A DNA stretch of 64,000 nucleotides from Octopus vulgaris (lineage: Eukaryota): NCBI GenBank assembly GCA_951406725.2, contig OX597824.1, forward strand, positions 71,362,001 to 71,426,000, read 5' to 3'. Below, one piece after another: positions 11,748 through 24,601 of the stretch (position 1 is its first letter; each line of letters starts with the position of its first letter). Under the pieces are notes generated by a model. The model saw only the letters and a program-made list of their open reading frames with translations. It was not told where the DNA came from and did no database searches. Made by a program: the position numbers and the translations under genes.

Positions 11748-13128
11748 GATATGAAATGCAATAGCGATTTGGTGACGAATTATCAGATTTAATCTAAATG
11801 TCTGCGCTTCGAGTTCAATTCTTATCAGATTCAAATTTGGCTTTTATTCTTTTGGAGTTGATAATAAAATACCAATCTAGAATGGTGGATTGGCAGAAGT
11901 GTAAGAATCGTGAATTAAATACTATATGGTATTTATCCCGGCTATATGCGTGTTGAGTTCAAATCCCACCATGGCCTATTTGAGTGGTAGACTTAGTCCG
12001 TCACCCAGTTTAACAACACCGCTTTACATCATAGTTACCTTAGCGGACCTTACTCTGTTGAAAACATTCGAACTAGACCACGGTTTGAAGAAATCTTCCT
12101 CCTTTCATCCCACAATTCTCGGAGACCATGCAAAGAATCAGGGACACTGCATTCTTTCCTACCTAAAAAGAAAAAAAAAATACAAGGCTGTATTCGAGAA
12201 GACAAGAATCCTCAGATTGGAAACCATTCAGGCTTCCAATAAGGTAGCCGAGTAACAACACAATTTGGCTATAAGTAAGTGATTTTGTGCATACTGGTCA
12301 CTAGCTTGAAGTTAATTTCTTTTTCTTTTTTCTTTTAAAGTTGCCAACCAGTTTCACTGGAAACCACAAACCGAAGAAAACAAATAATACCAAGAAGAGA
12401 GAAAGAAAATAAAGAAAAAGAAAACAAAAGAAAAACAATCAAGAAAGAAAATTGCAAGAGGAATATTTAGGGTGGAATGCATACACGTGCCGAATCTCAT
12501 CCCTTTGAACGGCAGATCGAGAAATTAAAAAATACAACTTTAACACGAAATAACTTCGTAAATATAAACTTTTCTCAAAAACGCTACGAGTAAAAGATGT
12601 TTTATATGACACATCCTATCAGTATACGAAGTTTGAATGTGTTTAGTTACAAAATTATTTTCTAAATCTGCCGGTCAAAAGGTAAAGATCCCACGCGCGA
12701 TTTATTGGAAGTTGAATGCAATGTTATTATTTTTTAGGACGACATATTCTAATGGTATTCTTAGTACAGGGACAGCGAAGCCGGTGAGGCTAGGTGGATT
12801 TTGGGTGCTATAGGGTGCCCACAAAATTTTCGGTAAAAAAAGTAATAATACTGAGATACACGATCAATCGTCACGTTGATTAGTATTTAACCCCCCTAAA
12901 CATTTCTTTGACCTTCATTTTTCATTTAAACATACTACCGCCATCACCACCACTCAGCTGAACTTGCCTCGGTTGTTTCTACATCTATCACTCTTTGTTC
13001 GTCGTATGTAACGCATAATCAGTGTGTGTGTGTGTGTGTGTGTTGCGCGCGCGTGCGAGTCGTCTAAGACACCATAAGCCAGGGAAAAGATGCACTTGTA
13101 TATCTGACAATAGAGTGGGTATATTATC

Positions 13129-13354
13129 CGAAATATATAGTATTATATATCCACCACGGCTGATCTTACCAATCGGTTTCGCACAAGGAATACAATGGAG
13201 TGTTAGATAACAATCTGATATCCCCTTCCATATCGGTCAACTCTGACGAGCGTAAGGTTATGTAATCGGATTGTTACCTAACACTCCATCGTATTCCTTA
13301 CGCGAAACTGATTGGTAAGATCAGCCGTGATGGTTATATAATACTATATATTTC

Positions 13355-13355
<1 letters not shown>
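13129..13355. mobile_element. Penelope-like inverted-repeat hairpin with hammerhead motif
   Basis: Arms of ~90 bp. CTGACGA-GCGTAAGG...CCTTACGC-GAA-ACTGATTGGT-A at 13243-13317. Adjacent to (TA)n. Confidence 0.7.
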
Positions 13356-13411
<56 letters not shown>

Positions 13412-13549
13412 CACACACACACACACACACACAGTTAAATGAAGAAAAAAATGGAGAGTAGGAAGTTAACAATTATTTATTATTAACAAATTGGTCATCT
13501 TTACTTCTTACAACCGTTTCAATTAATATTCAATAACTTAATTACAAAT

Positions 13550-13858
13550 TATGCTGAGGTTCCTTTTGGCAATCCTTTGGTATTGGTACACGGCGTCATT
13601 CACCCACACAACCTACCCTCATGACAAAGAAGCCAGGCTAAAAAATAGGGTAAATATCGTCGTTTCCTCATACAGACACACTATTAACGAAAGATCGCAT
13701 CCCCACCACAAAAAAAAAAAAAAAAAAAAAAGCGGTGGTCTGGAGAAAGCGGCAATGCCCATGGCTTTTGCAGACCTTCATAGACTGGTGACATTCATGG
13801 TGTGCAGATGTTCATTTTGAATTATTTAACCATCCCTTTACGAGGTTAACAAATCCTC

Positions 13859-13899
<41 letters not shown>

Positions 13900-14084
13900 C
13901 AAAATGGGACAAGAACGCAAAACATCCGGACAACTAGGTGATACAAAAAGGGACAACAAAACATCCAGATAGTCGATACAAAAAAAAAAAACACGGACGG
14001 GCCATTCGAAGCCTTGTATCCTCAGTCAAGAACAGGCTCATCCTCGCAATTTCGGCTGATTAATATATATATATATATATGCAT

Positions 14085-14133
<49 letters not shown>

Positions 14134-15677
14134 ACACCACACGCATTCGTACATAGATTGCAAGATTCACTTTCAGCTTCATGCCTATTATTATTGGAGC
14201 AACAGGATATATCAACCCCGACTGAAGCACAGTATGGCTGAACTTGGGTTCTTGAGAAGAGAAGGCAAACCCTTAAATCATACACTACAAATGATGATAC
14301 ATGGGACTATAAAAATCTGCAAGACGTTAAGATTTAAAGGATGATGAGCAAAATGTAAATATTGTAATCCCAATATTTACATGCTGTTATGTATAGCTTT
14401 TATGAGTTGTGATCCACTGTTCCCCCCACCACCACCACCACCAAAAAAAATTATTTTATGTTCTCCCGAAATTTAAAAAATTCTTGTGTGCAGGAGTAGC
14501 TGTGTGGTAAGTAGCTTGCTTACCAACCACATGGTTCTGGGTTCAGTCCCACTGCGTGGCACCTTGGGCAAGTGTCTTCTACTATAGTCTCGGGCCGACC
14601 AAAGCCTTGTGAGTGGATTTGGTAGACGGAAACCGAAAGAATCCCGCCGTATATATGTATATATGCCCCTTTCTTCAGACCACCGGTCCTTTTTTGTGTG
14701 GTGGTGGTAGTGGTGATGGGGACGATTCTTCGTTAATATATATATATGTATGTGTGTGTATATATTTGTGTGTCTGTGTTTGTCCCCCCCCCCCCCAACA
14801 TCGCTTGGTTCAACAAAAGAGACCGATAGAATAAGTGCCAGGCTTACAAAGAATAAGTCCTGGGGTCGATTTGGTCGACAAAAGACGGTGCTCCAGCATG
14901 GCCTCAGTCAAATGACTGAAACAACTAAAAGAGTAAAGATGTGTGTGTTCATACACCCCAACACCTGGCCCTTCTCGTCGGGAACAGAAGATACTTCGGT
15001 CTCCGGCAATTATTGATAGCCCAAAAGTAAGAAGAAAAAAAAAGGGTGCACTGGAAAATTTGTTCTAACACCGAGGGCAGCGCTGCCACTGCATAGACAG
15101 ACATCCTCGTCCACATTTGGAAATGGATCACTTGACTGATTAGCATAAGTCATACTCCAGCAAATGGTTCGTAGATGTGCTGTTTCCTCTCCCCCACTTT
15201 TTTTTTTTTTTACTATAGTTGCAATGGCCTATGCTCTTGAAGCTGGCTGGGCTCATGCAACCTCCACTTAAGAACATTTCCGATTAGCTTACTTCTCATC
15301 GCCTGACCCTTGTTCTAATCCGCAAGCAATGCACTTATCGCTACTTCGAGTGTTTGTATCTCAGAATGTCGTCTCGCTGGAATTTCTTTCCGTAGGTGTT
15401 GACTTAGAATAGTTCAAAATGAACCTCTGCACACCATGAATATCACCATTCTATGAAAGCCTGCAAAAGCCATGGGCATTGCCCCTTTCTTCGGACCCCC
15501 CGTCCTTTTTTTTGTGGTGGTGATGTGGACGATCCTTCATCAATAGTGCGTCGGTACAGGAAAACGGCGATATTCACCCTCTTTTTTAGACTAGCTTCTT
15601 TGTCATGAGGGTAGGCTGTGTGGGTGAATGACGCCGTGTACCAATATCAAAGGGTTGCCAAAAAGAAAACCAGCATA
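13550..15677. mobile_element. Non-autonomous DNA transposon with ~270-bp TIRs
   Basis: 13550-13822 and ~15410-15677 are diverged reverse complements (e.g. ggtacacggcgtcattcacccacaca / tgtgtgggtgaatgacgccgtgtacc). The interior hosts a SINE and microsatellites. Confidence 0.75.
14490..14935 (+). mobile_element. SINE family B
   Basis: tRNA-like head with GGTTCAGTCCC, CORE-like ACCTTGGGCAAGT, and tail ...gcatggcctcagtcaaatgactgaaac. Confidence 0.85.
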
Positions 15678-15778
15678 CTTACACACAAGCATGTATTTAC
15701 AGCATTATTGATTCCTTTTAATAAAAGCTTATAGAGAACTACTTTAATATCATACGTACACTCCTCTCTCTTTCTCTC

Positions 15779-15849
<71 letters not shown>

Positions 15850-16201
15850 AACACGCGCGCACACATTCAAATACATGCAATGACATACACACATGTGAGT
15901 GGAAGTCATAGCCGGCCGCATCGTTTTTGTGTTATCGTGAGGTAATGTCTCTATACTGATTTTTTTTTTCATACTGGCACACGGCCATAAATTGGTAGGA
16001 GCAATTTAATCGAGTTATAGTCGATCGACTTAATTCCAGTACACGTGTGGCACTTATTTATTGGCTCTGGCAGGGGTTGTGGTGGAGATGACAACCTTGG
16101 CGGGATTTGAGTACAGAAATTTAATGGACGAAACTGTCATTTAGCTGTTTTCATCCCAAATGAAGGTATCTTACATGGACCCTCAAACCATTTAAAATTT
16201 T

Positions 16202-16639
16202 GGATCCTTTCGGTTTGAACGGCAGTTTTTTCTAGCGGTGTCATATGAAATTGTCACCCATAATTATGACCCTAGTATCGATCTATTGCATTTCAATCTG
16301 TTTTAGGGCTAGGGTTAGTTAGGGTTAGGGTTAGGGGGGGGGAAGGGTATCTTTTTTTCTTCACAAATGTAAATAAAACCCAATCTGTTTCTTAAACGAG
16401 GGACATATTCATACGGCACATAATGTGTTTTTTTTTACCTCAATGGACGTCATTGATTGGTTGAAATTGCAGAAATTGAAGAAAAAAAACAACAAATATC
16501 TTACAAACTATAGAGTTTTCTCAATAAAGCCAAGAGAAAAAGATGTTTTATAAACACATTCTACCAGTATACGAAGTTTAAAAGTGTTTAGTTAGGTGGA
16601 AATTATTTTTAAAAACTGCCGTTCAAACCGAAAAGATCC
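16202..16639 (-). mobile_element. GGATC-TIR MITE, full length, inverted relative to 10158
   Basis: Same TIRs; the interior is the reverse complement of 10158/21066; contains (ttaggg)n at ~16303-16335. Confidence 0.92.
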
Positions 16640-16996
16640 GAAATCTTTCGTTGGTCCATGTCCCGTGGAGAGCAGGTGGAACTAAAATTATTCATTCAGT
16701 ATCTACATTTCACCTCTCAGACTTTCTGTACACTTGAAATATGATTCAGTTAACGGCAAAAGATTTGGCTATTTTGTGGCATTCTATGACAGCTAGTTAC
16801 TTTGAACGTTCAGTTTTTCTTCGATATAGTTATCTCTCTTTATAGATCTAAGAAAGCTAACAAAGGTTTCCAACCGAAGTTGAGAACACCGTGCCTATTT
16901 TACGAATCAGCTCTGTAACCTTTCGATCGCCACTATATGTGTGTGTGTGTGTGTGTGTCGCGCGCGCGCGCGTTTGTGTGTGCGTGTATGTGCATG

Positions 16997-17027
<31 letters not shown>

Positions 17028-17035
17028 GCGTGTAT

Positions 17036-17065
<30 letters not shown>

Positions 17066-17066
<1 letters not shown>

Positions 17067-17960
17067 CTAACTGATGTACCCGGTAATTCCCGGGGGTAAG
17101 GATGTTCTATTGAAATGCTTTATTACTCTGGTATAAGAAAGCAATTTCGTTATAACTGCCACAAACGGTGTATTTTCCGTAACGCGAAAGTACGAAAAAC
17201 TGTCAGTTTGAGGAGGAAGAGATTGTTGGAGGTTGGCGAGAGAGGTTTTCGAAGGTTTCTGAGAAAGATTGTCAGAGGTCGGTGAGAGAGGTTGTCGGAG
17301 GTTGGCGATAGGCAAAGACATTATTCTGCTTAGCGAAGTCATCCGGGAAGTGTGTAACTGCTGTCATTCGCATAAAATCTCTTGTTTTACCGTGAGAAAA
17401 GTGCTGTTGAAATGTTAAGTGAAATTTGGCAATCGAGGATCGAATCCATGCTATGCCTGTATTAAGCCACTACAAATACGTTGTGGAATAAAAAATTTAT
17501 CAACTGTAATGGAAAAAGTGTAACTGTAAAAATGCAGAATTATCGGAGTAATGGGCATTCAAAAAATATGTATGCATAGAAATGTATGAATGAAGTCTTT
17601 AAGGTTTAAGATTCAAATTAAGGAAGTGCAATAATAATGTTTAGCAGTTCAAAACTGTGAGTAGTGAAATGCAGAATTAGGTCGGCTGATCGTAAAAATC
17701 AAATATTGATTGCTTCGCTAAAATCTGCTCGTGGTATGGGTTATTTCACTTGGGTTATTTAAATAAAATATTAGTAATATGTAGTAGAAAGAAGGATCCA
17801 TTGGAAGGGCCCTATTGTCGATTTTTTTTTCAACAATCTAAGTATGTCACGAGGTTTCCAGACATGAGTTCTACTCACATGTCTAACAAAGTATAAAAGT
17901 GATATTGTCAGCAAAAATTAGAAATAGGACACACAAAAAATCAATATTCAAAAGAAGGGG
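17066..17960 (+). mobile_element. Helentron/Helitron-like non-autonomous element
   Basis: Begins ACTAAC..CCCGGTAATTCCCGGG in (TA)n, like the 23120 and 40293 copies. Internal ~20-bp tandem repeats at 17205-17310. 3' end uncertain. Confidence 0.45.
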
Positions 17961-18488
17961 AGAAATTTATACAGTAGCAGCACGATAAAGTGATGGTTTG
18001 TTGCCAACTTAATGGGGCAGTCCCAGGAAAGGGAAGAATGCTACTGCTATTTAGCCCCAGGAAACACGGTTTCCAGTTGGCTATGACACATTTTCTGTGT
18101 TCTTGTTTTCAAAGATGGGAGATAAGCACCTCCACCCAGCAAGGCCAGCACTCAGAGTCTAGTTTCAGAGTCATTGCACATCATCAGTTTCGAGTAGCAT
18201 GGCTTGCTAGCGGTCGATGCTTATTCACCTTTAAAAACATAGATTTCAAGTGAAATACATTGATGATGAGCAATGACTCCGAAACTAGTCTCTGATTGCT
18301 GGTTTGGCTGGGTGGAGGTGTTTATTGCCCCTCTTTGAAAACATAAAGACACAGGAAATGTGTCATGGCCAACTGGAAACTGTGTTTCCTGGGGCTAAAT
18401 AGCAGTAGCATTCTTCCCTTTCCTGGGACTACTCCATTAAGTTGGCAACAAATCATCACTTTATCGGGCTGCTACTGTATAAATCTCT
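17961..18488. mobile_element. Penelope-like inverted pseudo-LTR hairpin
   Basis: Inverted arms of ~225 bp, each ending in a degenerate hammerhead (YTGATGA...GAAACTAGWC). Confidence 0.7.
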
Positions 18489-18543
18489 CTGAGAGATTTA
18501 GAAATGTAATATTTCTAATCATATATATATATAGATAGATATG

Positions 18544-18644
<101 letters not shown>

Positions 18645-18828
18645 TTAAGGGCTCCTAAATAAGGATGCCAAGTGCTAGGGACACAAAAAAGGGATAAATT
18701 TAGGAGCCCTTAATTATATTTCTATATGAATAATATTTTTCATATGAATAATATTTGTCTAATGACTAATTCGTCTTTTGTGCTGGGCCACTGGTAGTAA
18801 TCTATGTTATTACCCTTTTTTTATTATA

Positions 18829-18932
<104 letters not shown>

Positions 18933-18952
18933 TGTATGTATATATAGATATG

Positions 18953-19117
18953 CCCACTATACTCACAGAGTGGTTGGCGTTAGGAAGGGCATCCAGCTGT
19001 AGAAACACTGCCAGATCAGACTAGGCCTGGTGCAGCCTTCTGGCTTCCCAGATCCCAGTTGAACCGTTCAACCCATGCTAGCATGGAAAGCGGATGTTAA
19101 ACGATGATGATGATGAT
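18953..19117 (+). mobile_element. RTE-associated 3' tail element (family D), (GAT)n tail
   Basis: gttggcgttaggaagggcatccagctgtagaaac...cccatgctagcatggaaagcggatgttaaacgatgatg; recurs near 38885, 42170, 44740, 50495 and 63350. Confidence 0.75.
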
Positions 19118-19301
19118 ATATATATATATATTTAAAATCCCCAAAAATGAAGAACAAACAAGAAAAATAAAGAACAATGTGAGGACATGGTACATCAAAG
19201 TATTAGCAGACGCTCAAGGAAGGATGTATATGTATGTAAGTATATATATGTGTATATATGTGTGTGTGTGTTTGTGTGCGTGTGTATGTATGTATGTATG
19301 C

Positions 19302-19391
<90 letters not shown>

Positions 19392-19865
19392 GAAGGGAGA
19401 CATGTATCTACACGCACACGCAAACGTACGTGTGTATGTGTTATGAGTAATGATATCTATGTAATACTGTTCAGTATCGTACATTTTGCATACACCACCC
19501 TCTTATGAACAAATACATTCATACATACGAGACTGGTTTACAACTTTATTTTACTGACACGAAAATCCACCAGCCCGCCCTTTATTTTTTATCTTTTCAT
19601 GAGGAAATAACGTTTTTAATAAAAGCTTTCCGATATTTCTCCAATGTAAATTCATACTTAATCTCGTATTAACGGGTACTGTCGTCTCGGAGAGGCGGGT
19701 AAGTGTTTTCCATCCCCGTTCCATCCACTGCTATAAATAGATTAAACCAAGGGCGTGGCCCAAAAGTTTGGCTTCTCTCGTCAAAGACTATCACTCTATC
19801 AACATAACATGTTATGAAGTCTCTCATCTAATTTATTATGTCTTCTATTTATGGATCTATCTATC

Positions 19866-19903
<38 letters not shown>

Positions 19904-21065
19904 ACTATTTTTCTATATATGTATATATTTTTACTCTTGTGTGTGCGCGTGTGTATGTGTGCATCAATATATATTTATATGTGTAAATGTTTTTCTGTGG
20001 GTCGATCTATTCCGCCATCTCATCCATTTTCTATTGATCTTTTCATCAGCCCATCTTTCTGTGATCATTTTAGTTTTTTCTCTCACCGTCCCATATTCAT
20101 TCACAATACTTCACCTTTTCTCTTTTTATGGTTCTTTTTCTTTGTTTTTATTTTCTCTATGTAGCTTTCTTTCTGTCTTCTCACACGCATATGTAAATAT
20201 ATCTGCTGTCTTTGCTTTTTCTGTTTCATTTTATGCTCACGTAGTACTTATCGTTTCTCTTTCCCCTTCCCTGATTTCTGCTCTGTCTTCCCTCCCATCT
20301 TGTATTCCTTTCACTCAGTTTTTGTGGGTTGCAAAGTCTAGTCACCTATCTATATCTTTTTCACACTTATATTTCCTACTTCTGTATCCAACCTGTCTCC
20401 TCGATGTCACTTCTATATTCCCCCACTTTTGAACACCATCTCCCTTTCTGATATACTTCAATGCTCTCAAGTTAATATATGTAAATCGATAATTCAGGTA
20501 CACACTTACACGTAACTTATACACACTTACACAATTACTGGTGTATTAACAGTGTTTTGTTTCGTTGCTATATTATACTATAAAACATCTATCTACAGAT
20601 GTTTGACCAACTATATGTTACAAGGAACCTATACATTACGTCTATATAATACAATACCCTCGCAGACAGAAAACGAGAGAACGGCTGTATATGCCGCACA
20701 TTTCAACTAGTTTCGTCAGCAGCTGTGCTCCGAGTGCGTCGTCAAGCCTCTGTCCTCGCACTTCCTCAACAGTTTCATGCTACGTTTGCTTGTTTCCTCT
20801 TATTGGCTTCTTCAATACGTTCTTTCCAGGACATTGTAAATTCCACAATGACCATTTGTTTAGTTGCTTCTGAGTTGATAATCAAATCTGGCTGGAGTGA
20901 TGTTACTACAATGTGCTGCAGGAACTTCATTCAGCTGCATACCCAGATTGATCTTCAGCTGCCAGTCAAAGGCTGTGGAGTGGAGATTCATTCTTGCTTT
21001 TGGTTGTAGTTAGAACTTCTCTCCAACTAACTGACTTTTGGGGAGGGCATTGCAGTTTTTGTTTG

Positions 21066-21482
21066 GGATCTTTTCGGTTTGAACGGCAGTTTTTAAAAAT
21101 AATTTTCACGTAACCAAACTCTTTTAAACTTCGTATACTGGTAGAATGTGTTTATAAAACATCTTTTTCTCTTGGCTTTATTGAGAAAATTCTATGGTTT
21201 GTAAGATATTTGTTGTTGTTTTTTTCTTCAATTTCTGCAATTTCAACCAATCAATTACGTCTATTGAGGTAAAAAAAAGTTCTGTGCCGTATGAATATGT
21301 CCCTCCTTTAAGAAACAGATTGGGTTTATTTACATTTGTGAAGAAAAAAAGATACTCTCCCTCCCCTAACCCTAACCCTAAAATAGATTAAAATGCAATA
21401 GATCGATACTAGGGTCATAATTAAGGGTGACAATTTCATATGACACTGCTAGAAAAAACTGCCGTTCAAACCGAAAAGATCC
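21066..21482 (+). mobile_element. GGATC-TIR MITE, full length, with 8-bp TSD
   Basis: Same TIRs; flanked by tttgtttg at 21058-21065 and 21483-21490. Confidence 0.92.
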
Positions 21483-21907
21483 TTTGTTTGTGCTGAGTAA
21501 AACAGGAAGTTGCCTCGTTCTTGCTCCTGTTGTGAAGATTAGCTGAACTTCATAGAATATCATAGACATCTTGGACAAAGAACAAACATGATGGAAATGT
21601 GCCTGTATAATGTCTGGCCAGTTAATCTTGCACAACAGTACAATCTCCTACCTCATCCATGCTACCTGTTGCTGATCTCTCCCATCCTACACACTCCTCT
21701 TCCATATCTCAGACGTCTTCCTGAATAAGATTGTGTTGTTCCTTCGCCTGGGTCTTTAGAAAATAGCCTAAGCCTACTCTATTAACAGACATGATGTCAA
21801 TCAGTTCCTTTTGCCTCTGATGTGACTCTGCTACCTCCACTTTCTTCCTTTCCCAATTCTCACCCTAATGACAGGTGATGATATTTCCTGGTCCCTGGAG
21901 TCCCGAT

Positions 21908-22312
21908 ACTCTTTTACTTGTGTCAGTCATTTGACTGTGGCCATGCTGAAGCACCGCCTTTAGTCGAGTAAATCGACCCCAGGACTTATTCTTTGTAAGC
22001 CTAGTACCTATTCTATTGGTCTCTTTTGCTGAACTGCTAAGTTACGGGGACATAAACACACCACCATCGGTTGTCAAGCGATGTTGGGAGGACAAACACA
22101 GACACAGAAACACACAGACACATACATATATATGTATATACATATATACGATGGGCTTCTTTCAGTTTCCATCTAACCAAATCCACTCACAAGGCTTTGG
22201 TCGGCCCGAGGCTATAGTAGAAGACCCTTGCCCAAGGTGCTACACAGTGGGATTGAACCCGGAACCATGTGGTTGGTAAGCAAGCTACCTACCACACAAC
22301 CACTCCTACACC
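21908..22312 (-). mobile_element. SINE family B
   Basis: Full-length reverse complement of the 14490 family. Confidence 0.85.
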
Positions 22313-22960
22313 TATACTGTAGAAGTTCTCTTGTTCATGCCACTATAGACTCTTTAGTGATACTACTAAATAGTAGCTGCAAGATGTTACTGTACGATAC
22401 AGTGCTGTATAGCTAAACCTGTGGGAAAGGGTCAATCACTTTCAGAGAAAACCACTGGTCTTCTTTCAAGGGACTCAGCAGGTGTCAGAGGGCATTGGGC
22501 AGAATGGATTATTGATAGAAACAAGTTTTGAATCTATCAAACACTCAAGGTCATTATTGGACTTTTGAAAGGTGGTAGAGTCATAGAATCATTCAAGATT
22601 GAGTCAAAGAACTTCCCAGACTCTTGACTAGTTTCTCCGTAATGAGTGTGTGTGTGTGTGTGTGTGAAAGAGAAAGGTAATAACCATTCCAGATAATTAT
22701 AATCAAAATTCTAATTACCATACACAGGGGTTGGATAGGGGTTGGATAGGAGGCTTTCTGCATTCCACCTCAATTAACTTGGCCACTCTGTTCTGGCAAG
22801 GGCAAAAGGATTAATGAAAATGGTATGGGCCTGTTACTATTTTCCTCTCCCAAGCTCATGATAGTTTAATGTTTCTGAACCAGAAATGACATTCAACATG
22901 TAGCAAGGATAGCAATCCAGAATCAGGAACTCAAGAAATACTACCCTTCTGCACTATACA

Positions 22961-23045
<85 letters not shown>

Positions 23046-23119
23046 GTATATACATATATATATACATATATATTTATTATAATAATAATACATACATATA
23101 TATATAATATTATATATAT

Positions 23120-23625
23120 ACTAGCAGTATCGCCCGGCGTTGCTCGGGTTTGTAAGGGAAATAACTATATAAGCATTTTTAGAGAGTTACTTCCCTTATA
23201 GATGCCAATTCGGGCTTTCTTAGCCATTTCTGTTTTGGTGTCTTCAAGCCATGAAGTCGTTGTTCTAAAAGAACGCTGGTCTCCTTGACAACCCTTTACG
23301 ACGTTGATTTCCTTACACTCCCTTCCCCACAGCTTCACGAGGGGGGGGAGAAGCAAACAGGTGCAGGTGTGACCGTGGACGCCAACTCCGCCGCCATCGA
23401 CACACGAAAAATTATGCATTAAAATGGAATAAAAAATGATGTTAAATTATTTTTAAAATCGTAGACTCATCATAGACACGTGCTAATACTCAGACGGGCT
23501 CGATATGAATCACGACTATAGGATACCCAAATTTGGTTAAACTGCACCGCAAAATGTGGGAGTAGTTAGGAATCTAAATCGAAGGGGACAGACACTCACA
23601 CAACTACAGTTTTATATATATAGAT
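23120..23625 (+). mobile_element. Helentron/Helitron-like non-autonomous element
   Basis: 5' ACTAGCAGTATCGCCCGGCGTTGCTCGGG (short hairpin), 3' ...cagttttatatatatagat, embedded in (TA)n with no TSD. Same head at 40293. Confidence 0.6.
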
Positions 23626-24359
23626 ATATGTATAATATTTATATATATTATATATATGTATATATATATATATATATAGCATACTATTGTGTGAAGATAA
23701 AATCAAATATAGAATATTATAAGGTTTTTTAAATTGTATTCTTATCTTATATGTATTGAATTTTTAATGTATATATGTATGCTATTGTGATTCTCATTTT
23801 GTTAAATAAATAAGTTAACATTCTAATATCCTAAAGCTGATAATCCAACTAAATTGTTTCTCCATTTCCTTATTTGTAATATATATATATATATATATGT
23901 ACATGTCATCCAGTTAGTGTACAGGAGATCCATATTGCAATATAAGAGGCGTAAAGTATATAAAAACATATTTTATATACTGCAGGCATTATCTGATATT
24001 ATTCATTACTTAGAAATTTAACAATTTACTCTAACTTTCACTCTTGGGTGGTCATTCACGGGTGAGTGTGCATTTATATATGTATGTGTATATGTGTATA
24101 CATATATGTATATACACATGTTTATATATATATATTTATATGTATAAATGTATTCAAGTACATACTCATAGGTACATATCCATATAATTGCTCCTCCAAA
24201 ATTAAAGAGCTTCTCAGCATTAAAGGTCATCAAAGCAGTACAGTTAACCTGCATTAGCTGATGAGCTCAGGGCATGACAAGTCAACTGACTCATTCCACT
24301 TAATGTTACATAGATATGTATGTATGTTTATGTGTTTGTTTCCATATAATGCATTTTTA

Positions 24360-24558
24360 TTCTTTTACTTGTTTCAGTCATTTGACTGAGTCTATGCTGG
24401 AGCACTGCCTTTTAGTCTAATAAATCAACCCCTGGACTTATTCTTTATATGCCTAGTAATTATTCTACTGGTCTCTTTTGGCGAACCGCAGAGTTACAGG
24501 GAAGTAAACACACCAACATTGGTTGTCAAGTGATGGTGGGGGTACAAATACAGACACA

Positions 24559-24601
<43 letters not shown>

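Noticed and set aside
16300-16340. TTAGGG repeats as a telomere or fusion site
   Set aside because: Only a few units, and an internal part of a multi-copy MITE.
19690-19710. ACACTTACCCG on the minus strand resembling the U1 snRNA 5' end
   Set aside because: It is simply the complement of a splice-donor-like motif; no U1 stem-loops or Sm site follow.
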